From assembly GCF_006345805.1 (NCBI RefSeq), contig NC_043004.1, positions 24,862,001-24,926,000 on the forward strand: a stretch of 64,000 bases of DNA, in the 5' to 3' direction. Positions 1-13,265 of this stretch are shown one piece after another (position 1 is the first letter of the stretch; each line of letters starts with the position of its first letter). The notes under the pieces are model-generated. The model ran no database searches and had not been told where the DNA came from. It was given only the letters and a program-made list of their open reading frames with translations. The position numbers were made by a program, and so were the translations under genes. Origin of the DNA: Octopus sinensis. Lineage: Eukaryota.

Positions 1-512
1 TAAAAGCCACGAGAGCTACTGTCTGGCACTGCATCAGGGAATTATTATTATTGGCTGTGGTGAAAGAGGTTGTATGGTGGATAAGGCTAAAAGGATTGAA
101 GAAGACATTTTCCTCTTCAACTTTTTAAAGTACCACTTTGAAAGGAAAATGAAAGTGGAGAGAGATTTACTTTCTCCCATTGAATTTGTGAGAAGGTGAA
201 TGACTGTGGCAAAAAGTTTCTTAGGATACTTTAGGAATATGTTTGTAGATTGTAGAATAACAGTTGAGTGAAGGCTTGTGCCTTTGGTGGTCAAGGTGAA
301 AGTGTTCTTGTATCAGGAGAGCTGCATCCGTCATATGTTCACATATTTTGTATACTATGAATACTTTTATCTCATGTCACCCTCCTTGCTCATTCTTTCT
401 CCCTCATCTCTTATGTAAATCCCTACGCAAATTGTAAACTGGTCTTGTAATGTCCCCCTCTTTTGAGGACCTTGTGGCAATAAAAGAAATAATAATAATA
501 ATAATAATAATT
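1..512 (+). mobile_element. Degenerate 3' end of an L1/Tx1-like LINE
   Basis: Frameshifted plus-strand peptide VKEVVWWIRLKGLKK...FNFLKYHFERKMKVERDLLSPIEFVRR*, then a 3' UTR, AATAAAAG and an (AAT)n tail. Confidence 0.55.
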
Positions 513-548
513 ATTATTATTATAATGATGATAATAATTATTATCATT

Positions 549-985
549 AAGGTGGTGAACTGGCAGAATCATTTGCATGTTGGGCAAATTGCTTAGTGGC
601 ATTTTGTCTGTTTTTACATTCTCTGTTCAAATTCTGTCATGGTTGACTTTGCCTTCCATCCTTTGAGGGTCACAAGTTGAACACTGGTGTCGATTACTTT
701 GACTAGCCCATTCCTCTAAAATTTTAGACCTTGTGCCTATAATAGAAAGAGTTATTATTATTATTATCAAAGACTGTGAGCTGGAAGAATTACTAGCGTT
801 CCAGACAAAATGCCACTCAGCGTTTTGTCTGTCTTTACATTCTAAATTTAAATTCTGATGCCGTCAACTTTACTTTTCATCTTTTTGGTGGTTGATGAAA
901 TAACTAGCAGCTGAGCATTGGTGTTGATGTAATTGACTTAGCCCTTCACATCAAAATTTCAGGCCCTGTGCCTATAATAGGAAGG

Positions 986-1020
<35 letters not shown>
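549..1020 (+). mobile_element. Two tandem copies of tRNA-headed SINE family B
   Basis: Each has AAGG(T/C)GG(T/C)GAGCTGGCAGAA...GTTCAAATT (A/B-box-like), a core CTTTCATCCTTT...GTCGAT and an (ATT)n tail. Other copies lie at about 12085-12295, 31320-31480(-), 36570-36720, 54490-55195, 60170-60365(-) and 63480-63690. Confidence 0.8.
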
Positions 1021-1021
<1 letters not shown>

Positions 1022-1022
1022 C

Positions 1023-1468
1023 AGTGAGAGAGCAGTGCATGCCGTCAGTGACACTGGGGTAAAATATACCCATCATGACTACCTGTCTGATAAGGGTACA
1101 CCAGGCACATGCATCACATCCATATGTGCGCGACATGGTGATCTCATATCAAGATAAACAGCGCATGACCTTGCAGGTGGGGCCCAGTTAGAATTTTCTT
1201 TAGGTTTAGTAACCCATCCCACACAAAAGGTCCTTGAATAAGGGTTGTTTAAGGATGTTGAATGAAACACCCATGTTTCCAGAGGTAAATTATCCAAACT
1301 CCAAAGACTTCCTCACAACACATGGTCCCCCACTACTTCTGCTTGTGATCAGAGATGCACATATCGTTAGCCACCAAGGGACATGCTCAACTGGTTAAGG
1401 TCAAACAACTGACAAGCAAATCTGTGGTATTGAGCAGAATATTTGCTGTAGCCCATCTTTTATACCAT
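1023..1468 (-). mobile_element. About 450-bp interspersed repeat, family C (unclassified retroposon with (AAT)n tail)
   Basis: Closely similar to 32715-33200 in the opposite orientation; both are bounded by (AAT/ATT)n. Confidence 0.8.
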
Positions 1469-1987
1469 TATTATTATTATTATGGTATTAGACTGGCAGA
1501 TATGTTAAAATGTAGGATAAAATTACTTAATATTTCTTTTGGATTTCTATGTTCAGAGTTCAAAATTTCTTTGAGAGGTCACCTTTGCCATTCATCTTTT
1601 CAGTGTTGATAAAGTAAAGTGCCAGTTAAGAAATAAAGTTTATTTAAATGGAATTATTCTGTCTGTTTTTATGTTCAAGCTCACTGGTTCTGTCCTCACA
1701 CCTACCCTACAGTGTCAGTCTAAAACTAAACAATCACATCCTTGAAATTTTAAAGTTACAAGATAATGCAAGATGAAAATAACTAATAACAGAAAAATTT
1801 CCAACATCCTGTTTTGTTATATAATAACTCTGAAAACAATATTTCCAGAATTTTCAACTCTAATATGTACCTTACATCCATACAATAACAGCAGTGTCTA
1901 CATACTGGCTTGTAATACTGGAATAAGCAGATGTGCTTCAAAAGGGCACAGCTTGGATTTTTAACCTACCCACATTGTGTGTATTTA

Positions 1988-2545
1988 GTGGGTTGTCCGG
2001 AAAGTTCATGCCGTTTTTTAAAGGAAAGAAACAGGTCAATAAATACTTGCCACTACATTTTTAATCAACTGAAATATGAACCACTTTGTTGCACAATGCG
2101 TCTCCATCTTTCCTTTAACTTGAAAATACCCTCTTCTCAGAATTGAGGTGGTTTCATGGCAAAGAATTCATCAAGCTATCTTTTTACATCATCCAAGGAA
2201 TTGAATTTTTTACCATTAAGACTATTCTGCAGAGACCTGAATAAGTGGAAATCCGAAGGAGCAATATCTGGTGAATATGGAGGGTGGGGTAACACATCCC
2301 AGCCGAGCTGCAGCAATTTTTGTCTAGTTCCCAAAGCATCAAGTGCCGAAAATGAACTTTATCTTCCATTTTAAAGAGTTACAGAATTAACACAGGTTAT
2401 AGGAACATAAACCTTCTTCCACAAAAAGATAGCTTAAACGGTGCTCTAAATGGAGGTGTTGTCAAATCCTATTTTATGGGCTCACCATGTTCTAAAATAA
2501 GTTGAAAGCTATTATAAATCAGCATGAACTTTCCAGACAACCCAA
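1988..2545 (-). mobile_element. Internally deleted mariner element
   Basis: TIRs (G/T)TGGGTTGTC(C/T)GGAAAGTTCATGC at both ends, TA on both flanks. The minus strand encodes the transposase C-terminus LLQLGWDVLPHPPYSPDIAPSDFHLFRSLQNSLNGKKFNSLDDVK. Confidence 0.9.
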
Positions 2546-2622
2546 TAAATATGTACATACATACATATATATATATGTGTGTGTGTGTGTATGTGTGCAT
2601 GCGTGTATGTATTCTTTTATTC

Positions 2623-2821
2623 TTTTACTTGTTTCAGTCATTTGATTGCGGCCATGCTGGAGCACTGCCTTTAGTTGAGCAAAGTGACCCCAGGACTTAT
2701 TCTTTGTAAGCCTAGTACTTATTCTATAAGTCTCTTTTGCTGAACCGCTAAGTTATGGGGACATAAACACACCAGCATCAGTTGTCAAGTGATGTTGGAG
2801 GAAGAAACGCAGATACACAAA

Positions 2822-2861
<40 letters not shown>

Positions 2862-3027
2862 TATACATGACAGGCTTTTTTCAGTTTCTGTCTTCCAAAT
2901 CCACTCACAAGGCTTCAGTCAACCTGAGGCTATAGTAGAAGATACTCGCCCAAGGGTGCCATGCAGTGGGACTGAACTTGGAACCATGTGGTTGGTAAGC
3001 TAGCTACTTACCACACAACCACTCCTT
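2623..3027 (-). mobile_element. tRNA-headed SINE family A (internal microsatellite)
   Basis: Same head, central (TA/CA)n and ACAAGTAAAAGA tail as about 25 other full or partial copies in the window. Confidence 0.85.
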
Positions 3028-3085
3028 TGTCTGTCTGTCTCTCTCTCTCTCCCCCAACATCACCTGACAACTGATGCTGGTGTGT

Positions 3086-3116
<31 letters not shown>

Positions 3117-4561
3117 CTCATAATGCATTGCTGTATTTGAGAAGACCTGACCACCACAACAGAACTAAGATCCTAAAATCAAGGTACCATGTAATAAGCA
3201 CTGGTGCTGGTGCCACTTAAAAAGCATCTGGTCCTATGTAAAAAAGCACCCAGCACACTCTGAGGAGTGGGTGGCGTTCGGAAGGGCATCCAACCATAGA
3301 TACTAAACCAAAACAGTATATAACTTAGTGCAGTCCCTGGCCTTATCAGTTCCTGTCAAGCTGTCCAACCTGTGCCAGAATGGAAAAGCAGTTGTTAAAT
3401 GATGATATAATGATGATGATATATCTCAGGGGTGGCCACATTGTTTAATAAGAAGAATATTTTAATGAGAAGAATATTTTCTTTAGGTTCAAGAGCTCCA
3501 ATGCATATCTTTCAAATTATAGTTATAAATTAGGTAATACGCCATTGCATTTTTTTCTGATATTTGCATATTGATTCAAAACAAGCTACTATTTGTATAA
3601 ATGGTAACTGCTTACATTCTTCTGCAAAAACACATTTAGCTATTTTGCTATTCACTGTTTGGAGAACTAGGGGAAATATTACCTTACTTTGAAAGGTAAA
3701 GATTGGTGACATGAAGAAACTTTGGCTGTTGAAAATCAACCTCAGCAATTTACATCCATCTGACCTATGCAGGCATAGAAAAGGAGACATTAAAAGCAAT
3801 CATGATGATGTTGAATCTATAAATGAAATATGTTGTGCGATTGGCAACTCAGAATCAGAACTTACGTATCGCCAATCATCTGTGATTGGATCTCATTGAT
3901 CTATTGATTTATTGTACCTCATAATATTTTTTGCAGAGGAATGGCAGAAATACCACAGTGACCAATAGTGAATGTCTTACATTATTTAATTATTTAAATC
4001 TGGGTTCAAATCCTACAAAACTTTACTCCACCTTAGCTCTTTATGGGATGGGGTAGGGGCTGTCTAGGAAGTAAGATTCAATCCATTGATTCAGTGAATT
4101 ACAAAAATTCTTGTCTTGTTGCCAAATACAAGAAATAACATTTGGACTCTCCAAATTATAGATATTACTATAAAAATGATTGATATTGTACTACTACTAC
4201 TACTGCTATTGCTGCTACTCTACTTCTACTGCTGCTCTATTGATTTCTGATACTGACACAAGGTCTTTGATTGAGGTGGGAAGAAATGAAATTACATGAT
4301 GCTCGTAGCTTACTTGTAAGCATTAATTAACGAGGTAAATGAAGTGAAATAGTTATGACCAAGAACTGATGAGACCAGGCTGTGAAACTTTGCTCACTGA
4401 GAGCTGAATTGCAACGCCACAGCAGCACTGTTGTCATCCACATTAAATATTTATATTGATATCTTCATAATCATCGCTATTGTAACTATTTTTCTTTTGA
4501 TTATTGCTTCTGTTATCCATATAAACTACTCTGTTCAGATTACATTCTTCATTATTTATCT

Positions 4562-4604
<43 letters not shown>

Positions 4605-5408
4605 TTGCGGCCAAAATGTTCAGAACAGCATTGTTTTCATCAGAAAAATAGATATAATTTTTTATCAAAGTTGTTTTATATTCTATAATTTTCACAGACA
4701 ATAAATATGATATTATTTGTTATTGCCTGAGATTTTGGTGTAATTTGAGAGGATAATACAAAAGTTATGGATGATTTAGTGATTTACTGCAAAACCCCCA
4801 AAAGTTAGGGGGACATAAACACACCAGCATTGGTTGTCAAGCGATGTTGGGGCGACAAACACAGACACACAAACTCATGCACACACACACACACACACAC
4901 ATACATATATACGATGAGCTTCTTTCAGTTTCCATCTACCAAATCCACTCACAAGGCTTTGGTCCGCCCGAGGCTATAGTAGAAGACACTTACCCAAGGT
5001 GCCATGCTGTGGGACTGAACCCGGAACCATGAGGTTCATAAGCAAGCTACTTACCACACAGCCACGGACTTTGGGTAAATGTCTATTAGCATGCTAATTA
5101 AAGCACATTCACCGTTTGGGCTACCTGATATCATCCACAGTTATGATATAATTTTCACTGGATCTACATCAGGAATTCTGCAGTGTTTGTTTAGTTTATA
5201 ATTGATGAGGGAAATGGAAAATGAATTTGGCATGGATCTTTATTCAGTGCAAAGATCATCTTGCAGCTCTCCCTTATGGGTAGGATATCATGCATTCTGT
5301 GTTGCATCAATCTGCGCAGTGTGTCACCTCAGGTGTTTGGTATAAAAAAGATATCCTACTACATATACTGAGTTCCTCCAAGCATGTTGTACTCTCTCGT
5401 AGTATGCT

Positions 5409-5455
<47 letters not shown>

Positions 5456-5457
<2 letters not shown>

Positions 5458-6356
5458 AATTATAATTAAGGGTACTGAGAGACAGCACCTACACCCTAGA
5501 GATAAATGTCAGAAGATTCTAAAAACCACTTCAAATTACACTCCATTAGCACAAGGCTGAAAGTGAGCAAATGAGTAAAAGAAATTTGGCAAAATTTTGA
5601 GGTTAATTCTAGATTGTCCAATTTTTGGTTTAGTAATACCGATTAATTTACTGTCATCAGAAGAATACATCAGAAGTAGATAAATATAAGTATATATACA
5701 TATCCATTCGTATATACAGCATGTAGGTGCTATTTCTCTGTACCCTTAATTATAATTATATCTATATAATTATATATTTATATTAATGTTTACCTTTAAG
5801 GTTTTTATTACATTTGGCCATTGATAAGATCATTAGTTGATTTTATCCTTAATTATGTATGCATATATATATTTATTTATTCACTCTGATTCTGATATTT
5901 ACTGCGGTATTATCTTGATCAAATATGCACGTGTTGAGATGAATAACTGGATTTGCCTCATATATGCATGTGGATATATGTATATAATTGTATATATACC
6001 AATGTATTTGTATGGGCATGTATATATATTTATATTTATGTACTTCTGGTACATTCTACTGATGACGGTAAAGTAATTTGTATTACTAAACCAGATATTG
6101 GATGATCTAGAATTAACCTCAAAATTTTGCTAAATCTCTTTTATTCATTTGCTTGTTTTCAGCCTCGTGCTAATGGGGTGTAATTTGAAATGGTTTTTAG
6201 AGTCTTTTGACGTATATCTCTAGCATGTAGGTGCTGTTTCTCAGTACCGTAATTATAATTATATCTATATAATTACATACTTATATTAATGTTTACCTAT
6301 ATAGTTTTTATTACATGCTGGCCACTGATAAGATCATTTATTGATTTTATCCTTAA

Positions 6357-6358
<2 letters not shown>
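5456..6358. mobile_element. Fold-back / subterminal-inverted-repeat element
   Basis: 5456-5716 is the reverse complement of about 6005-6262, and 5719-5852 directly repeats 6222-6358. A related shorter copy lies at 14623-14830. Confidence 0.7.
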
Positions 6359-6416
<58 letters not shown>

Positions 6417-7744
6417 TGCATTGTTGTACTCAAGAAGACCTGTTTGCCACAGCAGAATTTATACCAGTGCTGGTGTCACATAAAAAAGTACTTGTGCTTG
6501 TGTCATAGTAAAAGCAACCAGTCCACTGCTTGTTTTTCTGGTGGGGGGGATCAAATTGTTGTAGACACCTCTGATGAGAATCTAATAAGATTTTAAAATT
6601 GATTAAGATTGTTTATAATTTTGTTTTAGCCTATGGAGAAATAACTAAATTAGCCCTCTTTATAAATCTGCTATATAGGTTACACACATACTCACACATA
6701 TACATGATGGGCCTCTTTTAGTTTTCATCTACCAACTCTATCCACAAGCCTTCGCTCAGCCCAGGGTTATAGTAGAAGACATTTGCTCAAGGTACTGTAT
6801 GGTGGGATTGAATCTGTGACTAACATCGCCATCACCATTTAATGTCTTGTTTTCCATGTTGGCATAGATTGGATGCTTTGACTGGAGCTGGTTAGCCAGA
6901 GAGCTCTCCAGGCTCCAAGTGTCTGTTTTGGCATGGTTTCTATAGCTGGATGCCCTTCCTAATGCCAACCATTTTACAGAGTGTGCTGGGTACTTTTATG
7001 TGACACTGGCATGAGTGTATTGTATGCGGCACAAGTGCATTTTACATGACATTGGCATAGTGAACTTTTTAATTGCACAGCTATACCTGTGCCTATTGTA
7101 TTTTTACAATTTTCAGTGCCTCTGGATACCTTTGCAGTAAGGATGTACTATGGTCCTCACCATCTAGAAACTACTGGATTTAACAATCAGTAACTGTTTC
7201 CAGTATTTGAGGTAGAAATTATGCAATTTACTATAAGTACCACTCAACTGTATCATCATTACTATCCTGTTACTGCCCTCTTGCAGGCAAGCTGCATGGC
7301 AACCTCATTAGTGCCAATGGCAGGAGAAAAGTACCCACTAAACATTGTAAAGTGGTTAGTGTTAGAAACCATGCTAAAAGCAGGCTGTGGAACACAATGC
7401 AGTCTTTGGCTCCATTAGATCCTGTCAAACCATCTAAACCATGCCAGCAGTGTAAATAGATGTTAAATGATGATGATGATGACAAAAAATACTATTTAGC
7501 ATTGATACAACACTGATACTATACATTGGTTATCATATTGTTGTGCTTGGATACCATGATATTTAGCTAAGGTATCCCATTATATTGTAATAATTTAGCA
7601 TATGTTGTTATCTAGCATGAATACCATAGTATTTTGCAGGAGTATCATACCATTTAATATTACTACCATATTGTCTAGTACGGTTCTGACACTATTTTGC
7701 ATCAGTAGCATAATATTTCACTGAGGTATTATTAAGCTTAGAAG

Positions 7745-8160
7745 GATGCCTCTACAAGGTCACTCAACCTGCTAGTAATAGAAGCCAAATCTCCTTCAAA
7801 TAATGCATTACTTTCTTGGGAAAAGAAAGAACATGTTAGATACTGTAGTCAGAGTACATTATACCTAAAAACAAAATTTTTTTTAAATATATAGGATGGG
7901 TTTTGTCTGGAATGCCTAGGTCTACTATTTCAGGACTGATATGAAATAAACAGTAACAACATCAACAGAAATGCTATGAGCTAAGGAGAGAGTGTCTACA
8001 GAGTCACTTGACTTGTTAGAAATAGCGACCAAGTCTGCCTCAGATACACCCTACCCTCTTAAATAATGGATACATTGAATAGTGTAGTTCTCTGGTATAC
8101 AAAATGCACGATGATCAGTACTGGAATACCTTTGATCTCAGATTAAACAATAACAACATG
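7745..8160 (+). repeat. Two diverged tandem copies of a ~200-230 bp interspersed repeat
   Basis: TCTACAAGGTCACTCAACCTGCTAGTAATAG (7751) matches TCTACAGAGTCACTTGACTTGTTAGAAATAG (about 7995); both units end in TAAACA(G/A)TAACAACAT. Confidence 0.6.
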
Positions 8161-9109
8161 TTCACTACCATACATCATAGTATTTGAGAACTGCAACTGA
8201 TTATGTTGATAAGACACTGACTTACTGTCTTAAATTGTAGCACTCACTGTTTTAAGTTAGGACACTAGCTTACTGTCTAAGTTATGGAACTGCCTAATTA
8301 AAGTTGTTAAAACATTAACTGACTGTATGAAGAATCAGGGGTATATTGTTGTTACCACCACAGTGAGCTCGGGACAGAGACACCTAATTTTCTGACTTAA
8401 CTACACTTAGCTCTAAATAAGATAACATTTACATATCATGCTAGATCATACTAATGAACATACTGACTGCTTAGCAGAGAGGCACTATACTGTTTATTAA
8501 AGGCTTGTTGGATATTTATTATCTGAACTAAAGAGATTATATAATTGAGAGAAATTATCATAGAATTGTAGTTTAACATCATCAGTCATCAACATTTAAC
8601 ATCTGTTTCCATACTGGCATGGGTTGGATGGCTTGGCAGGAATTGGCAAGCCCAGGGACATGCCAGGTTCCATAGTCTGTTTTGGCTTGATTTCTACGGC
8701 TGGATACCCTTCCTAATGCTAACCTCTTTACATAATGTACTGGGTGCTTTTTAAGTGGCACATTGATCAGTGCTTTTTATGGGGCACCAGCATCAATGCT
8801 TTTTATGTGGAACCATCAATTCTGTTGTGGTGGCAGGTCTTCTTGAGTACAACAATGTACTCAAGTATTACAATGTACTCAAGTACCACATATCTCGTTC
8901 CTCTGTCATCTCCTTTGTAAGGCTCAGCGTTTAGTTATTTGCGTAGGCTCAGGCATGGCTTTATGTTAAGAAGTTTGGTTCCCAATCTCTTGATTTCAGG
9001 TTCAGTCCAATGTGTGGCACCCTGGGCAAATATCTTCTACTATAGCTCTGGGCCAACCAAAGCTTTGGGAGTGAATATGATTGACAGAAACTGAAAGAAG
9101 TACATTGTG

Positions 9110-9146
<37 letters not shown>

Positions 9147-9569
9147 ATGCATATGTTAGTGTTTCATTGTTTTGTTAACACATGATAGTTATAAACAAAT
9201 GTCTTGGTCTTGCAAGTGTTGCTTTCATTTCCAGTCTTCCACAAAAACATATCTGGCCACGGGGTAATATTACCTTAGTTGGAAACAGATGAAGGTTGGC
9301 AACAGGAAAGGCATCTGACTAGAGAAAAAAAAATCTGTCTCATCAATTTCCTTCTGATCCAGGTGAGCATGGAAAAGTGGGCGAGAGAGAGAGAGAGTGT
9401 GTGGGTGGGGTAATTGTTTCATTAGACAGGGCTAGAATACCAATGGTGGTAACTTGTGTCAATAATGTCATTGCTGATGGGACTTTGGGAAAACACTACA
9501 TGTTGGGATTATGTTTTGCCCCAAAAGAGAGAGAAAGGTATGGTGACATTGTGGAAAATGCCCTCTTTT

Positions 9570-10449
9570 ATCATCATCATCATTGTTCGACCGTGGTCGA
9601 GACAATGGAATTTACCATGTTGCGCCAGACTTCACGGTCCATCATAGCATTACGGAGGTCCTGTTGCTGGATGCCTGTATCCCTGGAGATTACATCAGGG
9701 TAGGAGAGTGTGCGCCCTCTGGTGTTGCGAGTAGATGGCTTCCAGAGGAGAAGAGTAGAAATTACTTCTTTTTCAGCTCTACAACAATGTCCAGCAAACT
9801 GGACTCTCCTACCTTTCACAAGAGATGACACAGGTGGTAATTTCCCATATATTTGCATTTTAGTTGGATGGCGCCTCCACGAGAGATTTTGAGCTCTCAT
9901 AAGGAGGCGAGTGTAGGTTCCATCCAACCGCCTCTGAAGCTTCTTTGATAACGTCCAGGTTTCTGAGCCATATAGTAGGATTGGTTCGACTGTGGCTTTG
10001 AATATTTCAAGTTTGAAGTCTCTACTTAGATTTGATGACCAGATCTTATGCATGTCATTACAGGCTGACCAGGCCATACCCTTTCTAGTTAGAAAGTCTT
10101 TTCCAGATGATGATATGTATGACCCAAGATATTTATAATCAGAAACCATATTTAAAGGTGCACTGTTGAGAGTGTGGATGATGCAATCACTGTTGGACAG
10201 GCACTTGTTTATGTATTCAGTTTTGGCCTCATTGAGGTAAAGACCTACACAATTTGAGGCTTGTTCAAGAGATTGTAAAAGAGACTGGGCATTGGAGAGA
10301 GAATCACTGATAAGAGCGATGTCGTCAGCAAAGTCAGTGTCTGTCAAGTACTCAGCTGGGTGTCTGGAACTTCTTCTTGGTTTTATTTCAAAGCCCTTGC
10401 CAGAGATGGTATCAACTGACATACGTAGCACATAATCAACAACAATGAT
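9570..10449 (-). mobile_element. 5'-truncated RTE-clade LINE with open RT C-terminal ORF (9580-10431)
   Basis: 283-aa ORF with RT motifs (IIVVDYVLR)...DFADDIAL, YKYLGSYI, LLYGSETWTL and FAGHC, ending directly in a (TGA)n tail typical of RTE elements. Confidence 0.92.
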
Positions 10450-10584
10450 TATAACCTATTTTATAACCTATCGCAATGATTAAATTTTATATGAGATAAC
10501 ACACTATGATAAGCAACAGAGCTGAACTAACAATAAGTTTTGAATTCTTTTTATGAAAATCAGATGTGTCACTGCTGGAGTTAT

Positions 10585-10950
10585 ATTTACTGTGATTTAC
10601 ATATATAATTGATGTTTCTTTTATTATTTAAACAAATAGAGTTTTATAATACTGTGTTAAACAATATCTAGTTACTTTGATTTGCAAATAATTAACATTT
10701 GTTTTACTAATTAGTCAGAGATATACAACAAAATTGTTAATACTATATCTAGTTACTGTGATTTACATAAATCATTATTTATTTTGCTAATTAGTGATAC
10801 ATTATAATGTGTAGCAATTGTGACTTATTTATATAATTAACATTTGTGCATCTAATTTAATGATTAAAGATACATATTGGTGTGAGTGTTATACAGTATC
10901 TGATTTGCATATATAATTTGTTTTACTTGTTAACCAATTAGAGATACATA
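10585..10950. repeat. Degenerate AT-rich tandem repeat, unit roughly 70-80 bp
   Basis: Recurrent TATCTAGTTACT(G/T)TGATTT(A/G)CA..TAAT..TTTGTTTTACTAATTAG motifs. Confidence 0.5.
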
Positions 10951-11153
10951 AATTAGGAAGAATTCTTTTCCCTTTTTGTTTTTGCTATTTTATTAATCGT
11001 TTCAGTCATTTGACATACTGGAGTACTAGTATCACTAAGAGTTTTGTTTTTTAGTTAATTAAATTTAATTGGTTAGTTATTTCAATTTAATATTTATTTA
11101 ATGGCAGACTGTTTTACACTGTAGCAGTGACTTGTTAAAAAGACGCTGTAGGA

Positions 11154-11368
11154 TTAACCCTCCTGCATACAGATTACTCTGTCAAATGTAATACTTGTTT
11201 ATTCACATTGTTTTGAATTAACCATGCATTACCTTGTAGCTTCAAGGTTATTTATTTTTGCAATGACATTGTAGGGTAGGTGTGAGAAGGCAGATCTGGC
11301 CAGTTTGAGCATAAAAAAAGGTAGAATATTTTGACTGGATACGGCTGGCTTTAATGCTAAAGGGTTAA
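11154..11368 (-). mobile_element. piggyBac-like MITE
   Basis: TTAA-CCCT...AGGG-TTAA ends. Same internal sequence as 53815-54042, 59442-59668, 61874-62080 and a partial copy at about 1660-1775. Confidence 0.85.
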
Positions 11369-11524
11369 ATTCAGAAGCCTATGGTTGCAAAGTATACTTC
11401 TTAAGCACCTAGTTGTGTCTCTGATTATATGTTATATTTCCTTTTTGTTAGTTCAAGTTAGAAACTTAGTTCAGTAGTCAAACACTAAACAAGATAAAAA
11501 TATAAACCACTTATTCAGGGCCAG

Positions 11525-11985
11525 ATTGAGCATCTGGTACCTGGTGAGTATCTGATGTCTGGTTGGTACCATTTGAGCATCTGATATCTGATGGGCGCCT
11601 TGTGAGCATTTAGTGTCTTGTGGATACCTCATTGGTATCTAGTAAGCAGTTAGTGTCTGGTAGGTGCCTTGTTAGCATTTAGTATCTAGTTGGTACCTTG
11701 TAAGCATTTAGTATCTTTTGGGTACCTTGTGAGCATCCAGTGTCTGCTGGGTGCCTTCTAAGCATTTAGTGTCTTGTAGATACCTTGTTAGCATTTAGTG
11801 TCATTTGGGTACCTTATGAGGATCTGGTATCTAGTGGGTACCTTGTTAGCATCTAGTGTTTGGTGGATGACTTGTGAGTATCTGGTGTTTGGTGGGTGGC
11901 TAGTGAGCATTAGATATTTGGTTGGTACTTCATGAGCATCTGGTCTGCTGGATATTTTGTTGGCATCTTATGTCTGGTAGGGACA
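11525..11985. repeat. 29-bp minisatellite, about 15 copies
   Basis: Consensus approximately GGTACCTTGTGAGCATTTAGTGTCTGGTG; best conserved in the centre and decaying at both edges. Confidence 0.85.
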
Positions 11986-12714
11986 TGACACAGCAGTACA
12001 CACTCAATAAAAATTATGCCTAAAACTTAACTTCTATTGCTAATTAGAAGTACTTTACTTTGTAATCAATGTCCTTGAGAAGAGTGGGGGAACTGGCAGA
12101 ATCATTAGCATGCTGGGCAAAATGCTTAGCAGTATGTTACCTATCCTCACATTCTAAGGTCAAATGCACTGAGGTCAGCTTTGCCTTTCATGCTTTTGGA
12201 GTTGATGAAAACAGTTGAGCACTCAGGTTGATGTAATTCACTAGTCCCCCTCCCTTAAAATTTCAGAACTTGTGCCTACAGTAGAAAGGATTAATGTCCT
12301 TGAGAAAGGTACAAACAGCAAAACAACCCTTCAAATTCCAGATTTATTATTCTTCAGATTAGAGATGATACATTTTTGTGTTAAATTCTTAGACCTTCAT
12401 TAGTCTATGATCAATGATTTTTCCCTCAAATTTAAATGAGAAGGAAAATAAGTACTTGAGATATACATGTCTTTCTTAAGAGAATTAATGATATAATATG
12501 TGAAATTGTTCCAAATGAGATTTGAAACTGGCTTACTCATTGTGCTCTATCATTAATCTGGTCAGAATATGGGCTACTGGTAGCAGATAATGCCACTTCT
12601 CTGGAAAATATGCAAGTTTAACTTAGAGCTGCTTGTTATTTTAGAATTGTAATTTTTGAAAGTAAGAATCATAGTAAATTATTAACAAATAAATTAATGC
12701 CAACATTTATATAT

Positions 12715-13030
12715 ATATCATCATCATCGTTTAATGTCTGTTTCCCATGTTAGCATGGGTTGGACAGTTCGACCGGGTCTGGGAAGCCAAGAGGCTGCAC
12801 CAGGCTCCAGTCTGATCTGTTTCTACAGCTGGATGCCCTTACTAATGCCAACCCCTCTGTGAGTGTAGTGGGTGCTTCTTTTCATGCCACCAGCACAAGT
12901 GCCAGGGGAGGCTGGCAACGGCCACGATCGGTTGGTTGTTTTTACGTGCCACCGAACTGGAAGCCAGTCAAGGCGGTGCTGGCATCAGCCACGTACAGAT
13001 GGTGCTTTTTACGTGCCACCGGCACATATA
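12715..13030 (-). mobile_element. Family D retroposon ending in CATGGAAA(A)GCGGACGTTAAACGATGATGAT
   Basis: Shared body TAGGAAGGGCATCCAGCTGTAGAAAC and (TGA)n tail. Other copies at about 3190-3420, 6820-7070, 7270-7480, 8580-8890, 26390-26540, 37500-37830, 39820-40015, 51105-51570, 57450-57750, 58840-59000 and 63820-63960. Confidence 0.8.
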
Positions 13031-13227
13031 TATATCAACGTCATCATCATCATCATTTAACATCCGTTTTCCATGCTGGAATGGCTTAGAGGTAACTCGT
13101 AAGCTGGAAAGCTACACTAAGCTCTAGTCTGTTTTGGCTTGGTTTCTATGGTTGGATGCCCTTTAAAATGCCAACCACTCCACAGTGTGTACTGGGTGCT
13201 TTTTATGTGTCACTAGTATGGATGCCT

Positions 13228-13265
<38 letters not shown>

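Noticed and set aside
4366-4410. CTGATGA...GAAA, hammerhead-like spacing
   Set aside because: The 11 nt between the motifs do not form stem II, and there is no stem III/NUH or stem I partner.
11525-11985. Regularly spaced ~29-bp repeats resembling a CRISPR array
   Set aside because: Units are contiguous with no unique spacers, there are no cas genes, and the context is eukaryotic.
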